DNA of 64,000 nt from Hormiphora californensis (taxonomy: Eukaryota; Animalia; Ctenophora), in the NCBI GenBank assembly GCA_020137815.1, contig CM035356.1, forward strand, positions 1,674,001 to 1,738,000, written 5' to 3'. This document shows positions 40,975-52,367 of this stretch, piece by piece. The position numbers were made by a program, and so were the translations under genes. The notes below the pieces were generated by a model. It was given only the letters and a program-made list of their open reading frames with translations, was not told the DNA's origin and did not search any database. How positions within the stretch are numbered: position 1 is the stretch's first letter; each line of letters begins with the position of its first letter.

Positions 40975-41272
40975 GGCTAGTAATATTAAGGGTGTTACAG
41001 ATAGGTAGTGCAAACTGGGATAACACGTCAGGGTCTGTCGAATTAAATAGCGCAGAGACAACTTATAAAGAAATTTACAAACTGGGATGAGAATACATAG
41101 TCGGATTAAAATTCCCTCAGATAAACAATAACTTTTGAATGAATGCACTAACAAGCGGTAAAGGTGGCCATTCAATAACCTTCCACACACGAAATTTGGC
41201 CGAGAATTATTACAAGAAAGTCGTTTTATTCTCCCTACTATAATACAGAATTCTAGAAAGGTACTAAATAAT

Positions 41273-42671
41273 TCACGGTTTCCTGGCGGGATCATACTGA
41301 TCAAACAAATCAGAGTATGAGGGAGGCTGGTGAACACCACTGCTGCTCTCTCCACTTTCTAAAGCGTTAGGATTGTGAAGACCCTCTTTCCTTGGTGGAG
41401 ATTGCTCCGATACCACGGCACTGCTTGGAACGGGCACTAACGGGTTCGGTAGGACGTGATGGGGTGATAACTCCTGTCGTGGGGCCGGGGGAGGCTTGAG
41501 ACGGTCCAATTCTTGACGACTATTAGGATATATGGCAATCATCCAGGACGCCATCTCATCCTGAAATGATGATTAAAATGAAAGTTTTTGTGAAAGTGTA
41601 GGACTGCTATATGACTAACAAGTGCCTTGTTATGATCTAACCCTCCTTTTCATATAATGTAAAAGAGTGGGGACTGGGGGTCTGGGGGGGGGGGGGGGGG
41701 TGTAAGGTTTTCCCGTGTGGGGAATGGGAACAGGGTCGAGCAAGGCAACAAATGCCCACATAACTACATACGCACCCATGATTTAGCACGGAGATACCAG
41801 GTAGTGCCATTGCGACAAATCACATCAAACACATAGGGGCCAGCAGCTCCTTTGAAGGATTGGTTTACAAAACATCTCACCACCTCACCTCGCACTATCG
41901 AACCACTAGGGTTAGGTGCCTGCGGGGTAAATCAGAGTTAGCTATCATCGGGTACAAGTTCATGATTTACCAATATATGTGATGAATCGGACTTTTTTGA
42001 ATTATCGATTTACCGGGAGGATTAACTTTCCCGATATATTAAATTAACAGTATTTCACCCCGATATACATGTATGTATTGCTTTTCTTACATCTCGGGCC
42101 TCGAAGTTGTGTAGGTAGCTCCGATCCATTTTGATATACCGTGTTCCCCAGCCAAGAAGAAAGTTCTTGTACTTGTCCAAATACCCATCTTTCTGAAATA
42201 ACAATATTATTTTTTTTTTTGAATTTTTCAAAACCTTTTTTAATAAAAAAAATATCGGCCTTAAAATAAAATATATAATAAATTATACAGTAGAAATCAA
42301 TGGAATCAATAAATTATTGTGGAATTAGTCCATACGATATAAATATTCATCAGCGTCACTTGCAGCCGCCTTGCCCCTGCCCCGATATCCCCTAATCGAC
42401 ACAGTTATTGAGCGAACCATCGCAAATGATAAGCGCAGTCTAAGATACCGAATACAGTCCTGGCGCTCATATCCAGTTTTGGAAGATTATTCAACAATAT
42501 ATTGACCCATTTGCTGTAATGTTGCAAATGGGTCAATTAGTTTGATTGTTTATCTAGCTCTCTCCCTTTCTCTCTCCCACTGTTCTGGTTATTCGTTACA
42601 TATTTACACACACACAAACATGTCACACTTACCGCCTGACATGCAAATCCTTTACTGTTTGTGTTGTTCAT
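41273..42671 (-). CDS. Small (~190 aa) PH-domain protein with Pro-rich tail and PPSY motif
   Basis: Four phase-0 GT-AG exons 42671-42633, 42192-42091, 41919-41776, 41560-41273 give KDGYLDKYKNFSSWLGTRYIKM...YVFDVICRNGTTWYLRAKSWDEMASWMIAI. Confidence 0.85.
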
Positions 42672-43221
42672 ACCGTGACGTAGTGTTCACATATCTAAGA
42701 ATAAGAGGGGTGTAAGATTTAAGAGGCGAGTAAGATAACGACATGCCTAACCTAATGTTTGCGAATTTATTTCGACTAAAGTCAAAGTATCGATTTATTT
42801 TTTCTATCAAAATAAGGATCATTGAAAAGAAATCGGGGATATCCTATTCGTGGGAGTTTGCATCCCTTGACTAATAAATAAACCAACACAGATCAAAAAA
42901 AGCACAGCATTATTTGAAAAACTGATACATAATTGAATAGCTTGTGAAAAAATCTCTCCAACCCTCCAACCATAACATCCTAGTGGCGACAATATCAGAC
43001 TAGATGCACGTTCCTTGAAAAAATTCCTGATTTTCCCAGTCATTTCTCACCGCCCCTTTCTCACACAGTTTTTTATATATAACTCTCACACAAATAGAAA
43101 ATCAAGTTTGTTCTCTAATAGTTCATCTCATAAAAATCAATTTACAGACACAGAAATTTTCCACACAAGAAGCCTACAGACCAATCCTCACTCTCATTTA
43201 GTAATCGACACACCTGATCTG

Positions 43222-45738
43222 TCACTTGTTCCTGGATCTGAAAAGACCATTAAACAGGCCACTACTGGTAGTCTCCTGACAGGGAACAGGATGTAGAACA
43301 AGCTTACTGTCTCGAATCTGACACGCTAGCTGGAGCAACTGGTAGATATCGGTCTCTATCGGATATCGCTGCAAAACCTAAGAAATCGTTATAAAAGCAT
43401 TGAAGGTTGACAAGATACCTTATCTTATTTCGATTTTTCTAGGGGGGTGTTAGGCGACTCAAGACTATCTTACCTTCATATTGTCAATGAAATCTCCATT
43501 TATCAGACGAGTTCTTTGAGCCACTAGCATAGCACAACAAAAGTGAAGTAAAAACTGAAACCTGAGGATAATATCAATTGATATTCGGGGTCTGGAATGA
43601 ATATGATTTTAATTTTCAATTGAACTTTACCTAGTTTGGTCAGCAAAAAATGAATCCCACAGTCTTTGTATCTCCGGGTATAAAAAGTCTTGAGAAAGGA
43701 GTAGGGTGATCCAACGGAATGAAAAAAACTGAAATGATATGTGTAATATGTTGTGTACAGCAACCTGGTCCGGATATGCAAACCCGTTGTTTGAGCTGTC
43801 ACTGAACAGTGAACACACACGCGGTGCTGATATCAGTTTTAATGACGTTTCAGCCACGGTCCTTTCGGTAGAGATTTCATGACCGGGCGAAAACGCAAAA
43901 AGGGGGTCGAGCTAGGCAACGCTAACCCATGGCAACAACAACATACCTGTGGCTTAATACTCCGTTTATCTAAGGCTTCGTATAGCTGTGGATCACACTG
44001 TCGTAGTAAACACATCAACTGATCCATATTGTGGGATATACCACATTGGGAGAAATCAAGTATTTTAATGAAGTTGTCTTTAATCTCCGACATAAGACCT
44101 GAGAGAATGTTAACGTTACAATAATAACTTTTTCTAATGCAGCAAAACCACTTAACTGTCAAATATCCAACTGTACATTCGTATGTCGTAATGTACAGTG
44201 AACATTATTAACGAAAGCACGACAGTTTTATAGCGAATCCGGGACTAGTCACCCTTTGAAATAGTGTATTTTTGTGTGTGATTATACAATATGTGTTACC
44301 TGTAAAACAGAAGAAGGCATCAGCCTCTGCAAACTCCTCGTTATCCCTATTATCTGTTACAAAGGTGTAATAGATGGGGCCCAGTATCTCATTCATTCCT
44401 TGGACATAGGATATTCCAGGGTTGAGGCGGGCAAAGATAAACAGGATCCGTTCACAAACCTCCCAGTGTGCCTCCTGAGAGAAGGTCTGGGTTATTATCT
44501 TGCTATGTAAAGCGAAAAGGGACACAAAATAACCAGTACGATCACTCGATATTACTAAACAACTCTCCTGCCCCCTTCCTCTCCCCCATTTAGCTATCTC
44601 GCTTGGAGTATATAATTCAATATATAAACTCTGTCTCCCATCCTCCATCTTGTTTTGAAACAACTTTACCTGCCCCTCGGGTAAGATCTGATAAGCATCA
44701 TCATCATTATATTTTTTCTTCGGCTTCTTCAACTCTGATCTGCCACTCTTAGAGCTCGTCACACTCATGGACTGCAGGTTCGCCTGCTCAACCCTCGTTC
44801 GTAGGCTCTGGCTACAGAACGTCGCAGGAAACTTAGTTGGTTGTTGAAAGAAGCTTAAATCCGGACAAAGCCTCCGCACATCCTTATCGATTTGTGAGAG
44901 AACCTCATTTTCTTTGAAGAATCCTGTCCATATGGATGTAGGTGAAGAAGATAGTGGGTGATCATGACCATCGCCTGCGTTGTTGGGATCCACTATCATT
45001 GTCTTGATGAACTGTGTGTATGCATTCCGTTGTTTGTGCAAAACATCGTCCCAGTCGGTTTTCTCATAAGGTAAATAGTTCAGCAGAACCTTCCAGCACG
45101 TACTACGGATTCCACATCCGTCGGGAATACCTGGAAGGTTAACAAATTCGAGAGTCTAACAATAGACAGTGAATATTGTGAGCTGAATCAATAAGTTGAC
45201 CAATCGGCTGTTTTTGAGTCGCATAGTTTTGATACAATGAAATAGTGTTTATTTAGGACTGTAGACGACTCGGAGATTTATTTCAGGAAAGATAATACGG
45301 GACAGTTTCGACGTTTAACGTCATCATCAGCTCAAATTAATTTGTTTAAAGTAGTGTTGAAAAGTTTGAAACTCAGTTTCAATGATGATGATGACGTTAA
45401 ACATCGAAACCGTCCCGTATTATCTTTCCTGAAATAAATCTCCGAGTCGTCTACAGTCCTAAATAAACACTATTTCATTGTAATATTGTGAGCCCCTCTA
45501 ACATTTCTGATATAGTATGAGCAATTTGACACAAAAGTAATAGAAATGCTGATGCAACCAGGCCGTGTTACAATCAAATTGTAACACGGCCAGCCGTTGT
45601 TTATTGATATAAGTCTGATAAGACAAATTTGTATGTATTATTGTGGAGATTACCTTGAAAACAAGCATTTTCGAACTCATCTCTGTTTATTATATCCTGG
45701 GAAAGCAGATCAAGTAGGTGCTCCTTTTTAGTAGACAT
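43222..45738 (-). CDS. TBC1D13: Rab-GAP TBC1 domain family member 13
   Basis: QIDKDVRRLCPDLSFFQ, EAHWEVCERILFIFARLNPGISYVQGMNEILGPIYY, AEADAFFCF, FFSFRWITLLLSQDF, VLQRYP; stop 43222-43224. Confidence 0.93.
45235..45480. mobile_element. Foldback element with hammerhead-like cores in both arms and SL exon in the loop
   Basis: ~95-bp near-perfect inverted arms flanked by TA; minus strand reads CTGATGA-T-GACGTTAAACGTC-GAAAC-T-GTC. Confidence 0.8.
45331..45374 (-). ncRNA. Ctenophore spliced-leader exon copy lacking donor site (not an SL RNA gene)
   Basis: GAGTTTCAAACTTTTCAACACTACTTTAAACAAATTAATTTGAG matches the ctenophore SL as I recall it; followed by CT rather than GT. Confidence 0.8.
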
Positions 45739-47513
45739 TTCATTTCTTTTGTAGACTGTAGATTTTCACATCTCATATAATACTAAAGTAGTTGGCATTT
45801 ATTATTAAGGGGGGATGTCATCCGCCAAGTGTCTGACATCCATGATGGTTAGGATGGGTTGGTCCCGAAGGGCAAACGTTAGAATATAGGCTAGATTATC
45901 TAGCACCCACTGCTTTTTAGGGTTATGGCTAAAGTAGGGATAAGGTTAGGGCGGAGTTTGGGTCAAAGTTAGGGCTCGGGATTTCGGAAATCGATTTCCT
46001 ATCAGACAAACTTTTATTTAGCCAAAACGGCTGAATCGTTTGGTGGTTAGAGATGTTTACAAGTTTATAAATAAAGTTACGGCGATACACAACAGATCTT
46101 CCCTTTATGGGTCCACCTAAATAAAAATGATGCAGGATGCTAGATTTAACGGCACACTTAAACACCCAAATCGTAACGGCGGTCGGCGCCATGTGCCATG
46201 TGGCATACTGATTTTTGAAGGACGCCGTTACGATCCGGGCGTTTAAAGGCCTGTTTACAGGTGCATGCTGCCAAAAGAGTACCCTGCTTTAAAATGACCA
46301 CCTAACCACTCAACTGTTTTGGCTAATTCAAATTTGGAAATTTGGAATTCAAATTTTATCTGACAGGAAAGCCCTAACCCTAAAGAAACGTGAGTGCTGA
46401 CACTCAAAACAGTCAGTTGGCATACGTTGCAGGCCCCTTATAATATAATATAAGGGGCCTGGAGGGAATACCGCGCTGGGGGGGAATACATAAACAATCA
46501 TATCTCCGGTTCCAGATAAGGTACAGAAATCGTTTTGGTAGCGTTGGAAAGAGGAAGATAACAGCTTTAAAATGCAACCGGTTTCAGGTCTCTATCTTAT
46601 CAGGAACAGGAGATATGAACCAAACTCCGCAAAATCGAGTGCGGTAAAATAAAAAATTCGAGATTTTAATTCAAATTTGAAACAAAGTGTCCCTGCAGGG
46701 ATCTGTGACGTCACTTTTTGAAAACAACCCATCTTTGAACGGTTATTGCTCAGCCTCCTGAAGTCCAATTTACTTCTTTTAAAAACAGCAAGGTAGATAA
46801 TTGTCAGATCTAACAGCTAGTGAAAGAATCAAGTTAAACGGACTTCAGGGGCCAAAGTTATAAGCACCGCCGTTTTTTCGCTCGCAAAGTTATCTTCGAC
46901 CCAGCCGGGCCCGTCCTGAGCTCAGGCCAAACGCGCGCGCGGCATTCCCTTCAGTCCCCTCGTTGCGGGGGTGCGCGCATGAGGGGGCTGCAGCGCATTC
47001 CAAAACAGTCAGATTTTAACGTTTCCGGTTTTTGAGCGCTTTTTGGCAAATTTGGACATTCATCCACTACAAAAATTGTGGATCCAGAGCTGCAAAAAAT
47101 GTAACGCGCTTAATATAATAATAATAAGCTCTGCCGCGGTTTTTTCCGAAGCGCGCGCCGCAAAAAAGTCGAAAATTAAAATATTAAATTTTCGACATTT
47201 TTTTAATTTCTCGTTTTCACTTTTCACTCGGGGTTTCAAATCCGCGTGCCTGGAGTGTCAGAACTTTTTAAGGGTTAGGGTTAAAGTAGAGTAAGGCTTA
47301 GGGCTGGGGTTAGAGCTTATTAGATAAACTTTGGATTGGCCAAAATGGTTGAGTGGTTTGGCAGTTAGAGCCGTTTTAGTGCAGGGTACTTTTTTGGCAG
47401 CACGCACCTTCTGCCAGGCCAATGCTCTGACCACAATTCTCGAGCGCTCCGAGAATATGGTCAGGTCAATGCCAATGCTCTGACAGCGCACCTGTGAACA
47501 GGCCTTCAAACAA

Positions 47514-47742
47514 GGAGCGCTTGGAACATGCACGGGCCTAAAGTCGCACGCTACCCGAAATTTGGGTTACTCCTTTGCGTTGCATCGAATCAAAAAATGA
47601 CCCTCAAATTTTCGAAAGATCTTGTCAAGATCTACAAAAAACTTGAGGGTCATTTTTTGATTCGATGCAAAGCAAAGGAGTGACAGTAGCCTAAATCTCG
47701 GGTGGTGCATGACTTTTCCACGTGCATGTTCTAAGCGCTCCT
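47514..47742. mobile_element. Palindromic MITE upstream of RPL22
   Basis: AGGAGCGCTTGGAACATGCACG / CGTGCATGTTCTAAGCGCTCCT plus inner TTGCATCGAATCAAAAAATGACCCTCAA arms. Confidence 0.8.
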
Positions 47743-47972
47743 ACTATATCGTACCGGCGCCCTTCTAGTTTCCTCTTCAGAGATTTTTCCCAAACATTTT
47801 ATCGCTGAAACGAAAGAGGCCTAAAGGGTGTGTTGGTTTTGGCAAGTGTTAAAATCTGGGTGTCTCATTGTTTTTAACAAGTTTTAATAAGTTAAGCCAA
47901 TCTTCATCTAAGAAATTAACGCTTCACTATCGTTCCACTAATAACTGAACGTTCCAATTTAGGTGCAATACC

Positions 47973-48332
47973 ATGGCCCCTGTCGGACGAGGAAAGAAAG
48001 CGAAGAAGACGGTCACCAAGTACGTCTTGGACTGCACGCATCCTGCTGAAGACAGTATCTTAGACCCTGCTGATTTTGTAACATTCCTGAACTCACGGGT
48101 CAAGGTGGCTGGTAAGACGAACAATCTCGGTAGCAGCATCATGATAACTAAAGAGAAGAACTGTGTGAACCTGAGTGCTGACATTCCACTGTCAAAGAGG
48201 TACCTGAAATACCTGACGAAGAAGTACCTGAAGAAGCAGAACCTGAGGGACTGGTTGAGAGTGGTGTCTAATAGCAAGAATTCCTTTGAGCTCCGATATT
48301 TCCAAGTTGACAACGAGGAAACTGAGGAATAG
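47973..48332 (+). CDS. RPL22: 60S ribosomal protein L22 (eL22), intronless CDS
   Basis: [57 protein letters not shown]. Confidence 0.97.
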   Translation: MAPVGRGKKAKKTVTKYVLDCTHPAEDSILDPADFVTFLNSRVKVAGKTNNLGSSIMITKEKNCVNLSADIPLSKRYLKYLTKKYLKKQNLRDWLRVVSNSKNSFELRYFQVDNEETEE

Positions 48333-49424
48333 AGTGCAATTGGTTTTTTGTTTTATTCAATTTGAGAAAGGATCGTGTTTTAGTTCTTTGTCCCGCCTCC
48401 TCACTGTTCCCATTCACTAAATATCATTACTGAAAAAGTGTGTAACAGCAGGGAAGCAATATAGGTCTAAACAGAACAATGCAAGCCTACAGAGATAGTA
48501 ACACTCTACTTGGAACCTCCATAACATGATGGGTAAGTGAAACAAGTCATTTCTATCGTTACTCAAAAGCAGAAGTTACATCCTTTTTCCAAAATCTAAG
48601 GAAACAGTGAGTTTTAGTCAGTGAGATTTAGTGGGGATAAACCAGAGTTTAATGTACACTCTCGAGATTATGCTCTGAGGGCCTAAATTTATCGACGTGG
48701 CGGATGGAAAAATTATTTGAGATGTGAGGTCTCATCCTTGATGTAATGAGTAGAAAATAATCCGTGTGTTTTCCCTGTTTATTTTCTAAACTCATCACAT
48801 CAAAGATGAGACCTTACATTTCACTTTAGACCCAGACCCTGTGTAATATAATGTATTTTCACTTTCAGGAATGTAACGCAATAAGCCTAAAGAAAACATG
48901 CGAAGTTGTGAATTAAAGATGACAATACTGTGGCAATACAATGGTAAGAGAAATTTAGCTTCTAGATAGATATTCAGAATTTCTCCTCAATAAGCACTCA
49001 TAAATTATGAGTAAGGGGGAAGAGCCAAAAAACTTGTCTCCGAATTCATCCAGAATACGCCAGTAGTTTGTTTTCACAAAACCATCACAGTTTTTGAGCA
49101 ACAGCCCCGCAACAGCTCGCTAACCGTTACTTCTTACTAAGCAAGGCTGCTTGTAGCAAGAATACTGTTTTCGACAAAATATCTATTATCCCATTTATTT
49201 GCAGGATTCTAAAGAGGCTACATCGGATGGTAACTCTCATTTGGAAGATGCTGGTAACCCGTGACGTTTTCTTCCTAGTTATTGGTATGAAAATTATTAA
49301 TATATGAATAATATTAATTATGCCAAAAACTAACAGAAATTAGTTGGCTGGAAAGTTGAGCACTTGCGTTTTCTAAGTGGTAGCTTTGCCCTCTCCTTAC
49401 CCTTTCATCATTATCTTCTTTCTT

Positions 49425-49494
<70 letters not shown>

Positions 49495-49660
49495 TGCTGG
49501 CAAGCACAAAGTTGGCAATCTTCTCTCCAAACCATACATGTCATAATTCAGTAACAAGTTTTTTTAAATTGTCGGGACAAAGCTTAGCGCTCAATACACT
49601 CAATACACTGTCTAATGGGTCTGAAATTCGGTAAACAGTGCCACATAGTCTAGATCTATA

Positions 49661-51225
49661 CAAGGTGGGCCACGGATTGTTGGTCATGGTTAGCGAGGTG
49701 GTGCAACAAAACGGTGATAGTTGTGAGAATAAAAATTATGGGAGCACTCTGGATCAATTCCTTGGTAACTTTTTCCATATTTTTTTGTCAAGAATTCGAA
49801 AATTCATTTTCCATTCCTTCATTCATTTCTCGTTCATTCATGATGTGAGCATCCTAATTTTCCATCATTATGCTATTTTTCTTTGGCTTGAATTTATCTT
49901 TCCAATGAGCACCATAAAAATGAAATTGAAGCACCAGGTCACGCAGCAGCTGAGAAAATGTTCATGCATGATTTTGGCTCTTTTTGCGACTTTCAAACAG
50001 CTGTATCACGGCTACCTTTCGTTCAATCTTCTTAAAACTTTGGGAAAACATTGGATAAGCAAAGATCTTTGCTCACAAGAAAAATCAAGGTCAAAGGTCA
50101 AGGTTCATTTTTCATTTTTGTTAGTTCATTCCGTTCATTCAGGAACCAACATCCCTAAAGTGATGAAAAGGTTTGGGTTTTGTTTGGCCCATGTCTTGCA
50201 ATGAGAGAGAGGTGTAATAGCGTGTTTCCGGGCTAGTTTGTGGGTGTCCATGTGATCATGATGATATCTGACACCTTTTCTGAGCCATAATTAAGGGATT
50301 TTCTCAAATTCAAGCATGTAACTTGGTTTTTCTGCGACTAGTACCGTGCAACAATGTTATGAGATCTCATAACACCTCAAAAATGATGATTAGCTCAATG
50401 AAATGAGTTGATTTATGATCAAAATTGTTCGTTTTGTTCAATTTGACATCGATTTTAATCCTTTCAATCATAAATCAACTCATTTCATTGAGCCAATCAT
50501 CATTTTTGATGTTTTATGAGATCTCATAACATTGTCGCACAGTACTAATCGCAGAAAAACCAAGTTGCATGCTTAAATTTGAGAAATTCCCTTAATTATG
50601 GCTCAGAAAAGGTGTCAGATATCATCATGATCACATGGACACCTACAAACTAGCCCGGAAACATGCTATTAGACCTCTCTGTCATTGCAGGATATGGGCC
50701 AAACAAAACCCAAACCTTTTCATCACTTTAGGGATGTTGGTTCCTGAATGAACGGAATGAACTAACAAAAATGAAAAATGAACCTTGACCTTTGACCTTG
50801 ATTTTTCTTGTGAGCAAAGATCTTTGCTTATCCAATGTTTTCCCAACGTTTTAAGAAGATTGAACGAAAGGTAGCCGTGATACAGCTGTTTGAAAGTCGC
50901 AAAAAGAGCCAAAATAATGCATGAACATTTTCTCAACTGCTGCGTGACCTGGTGCTTCAATTTCATTTTTATGGTGCTCATTGGAAAGATAAATTCAAGC
51001 CAAAGAAAAATAGCATAATGATGGAAAATTAGGATGCTCACATCATGAATGAACGAGAAATGAATGAAGGAATGAAAAATGAATTTTCGAATTTTTGACA
51101 AAAAATTATGGAAAAAGTTACCAAGGAATTGATCCAGAGTGCTCCCATAATTTTTATTCGCACAACTATCACCGTTTTGCCGCACCACCTCGCTAACCAT
51201 GACCAACAATCCGTGGCCCACCTTG
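49661..51225. mobile_element. Giant Tc1/mariner-type foldback with ~760-bp arms
   Basis: TA-CAAGGTGGGCCACGG...CCGTGGCCCACCTTG-TA; mirror ORFs 49638-50204(+) and 50682-51221(-); short loop near 50420-50466. Confidence 0.92.
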
Positions 51226-52367
51226 TAATTACACAGGGTGTTCCACGATATTCATGTGTGACCTTCAATTTTGTGTTGTCAATTGGCTCTCTGATATTTG
51301 CCAAGGTTAAAAACCAAACCCGTCCTGAAATCAAGGATTGATCTGGCTTTTTTGGCTTTTTTTATCTGGCTTTTTTGATCTAGTTTTTTGATCTGTATCT
51401 GTTGATCTAGCTTTTTTGGCTTTTTTACCTAAAAATGTAGGGCCAAAAAAGCCTAAAATAGCCAAACCCGCCCTGAAAGCCGTGATTGATCTGGCCCCAA
51501 AGGTTCAAACAAAACTGGGGTTTTAAAAAGTTCAAGGTCATTCATCAACGTGAAACTATATATTGATGAACTTATTATTTTGAGGGGGAATAAGCCGTTT
51601 TCACGAAATTCCTTATGTGGTCACAATGCCGCCACGGCCCAAAAGCTGACGTTTTTTTCCTTGTTAATATGAAAGTGATTAAAAAAAACTTAACCCGACA
51701 TTTTATCAAATTTTAGGCCACTTCATCTTCGAAAATAATGTCATACTTTCGGGGCTACTAGTCACTAGAGCCAGGCAATAACTGAAAGTAGTGCGATTAG
51801 TGTGCAAAACGGAAAACTTTTTGTGGATTCACACAGTTCCAGTGTAATTCGCTTTTCATATTTGGTATCTGAAAATATGGTTATGGGATATGGTTTGAAC
51901 TACTTTTGGAACCTTCACATTATAATTTTAATTATCTTTCAGGTTGTACGGTACGAATAAAGTGGTCAAGGTTATCTGACATCAAAGACATTCTTTTGAA
52001 ACCTTCATGGAACTGTATTTTGGGTCATTTTGACCGGGAAACTTATCGTGCTATACTAAAAAAATCCCTTCATCAAAATGTCTGTTTCCTACATAACGCC
52101 ACAGAAACTTTATCTGTGTGCGAGATGATGAAGTAATCAGCTTGATGAGTTTAATTTCTCATTCGTCATATTACAGGCTAGATCTGCTTTTTTTAGTGAT
52201 GAGAAAAAGGAAATATATTTATCTAAGTCTTTTGTTAATGTACAAATTTCTAAACATTCTGCCTTGTTAATATTATCTGCAATTTGTGGTCACACCTCCC
52301 CCACAAAACAGCCCCTACCCCCCTCTCAGCACCCCCTGCCCCCCTCTCAGCACCCCCGTATCATGGC

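Noticed and set aside
47270-47312. Telomere-like TTAGGG repeats
   Set aside because: Only a few degenerate units within a repeat remnant.
49638-51221. Mirror ORFs of 188 and 179 aa
   Set aside because: They are the two arms of one foldback, with no recognisable transposase or domain motif.
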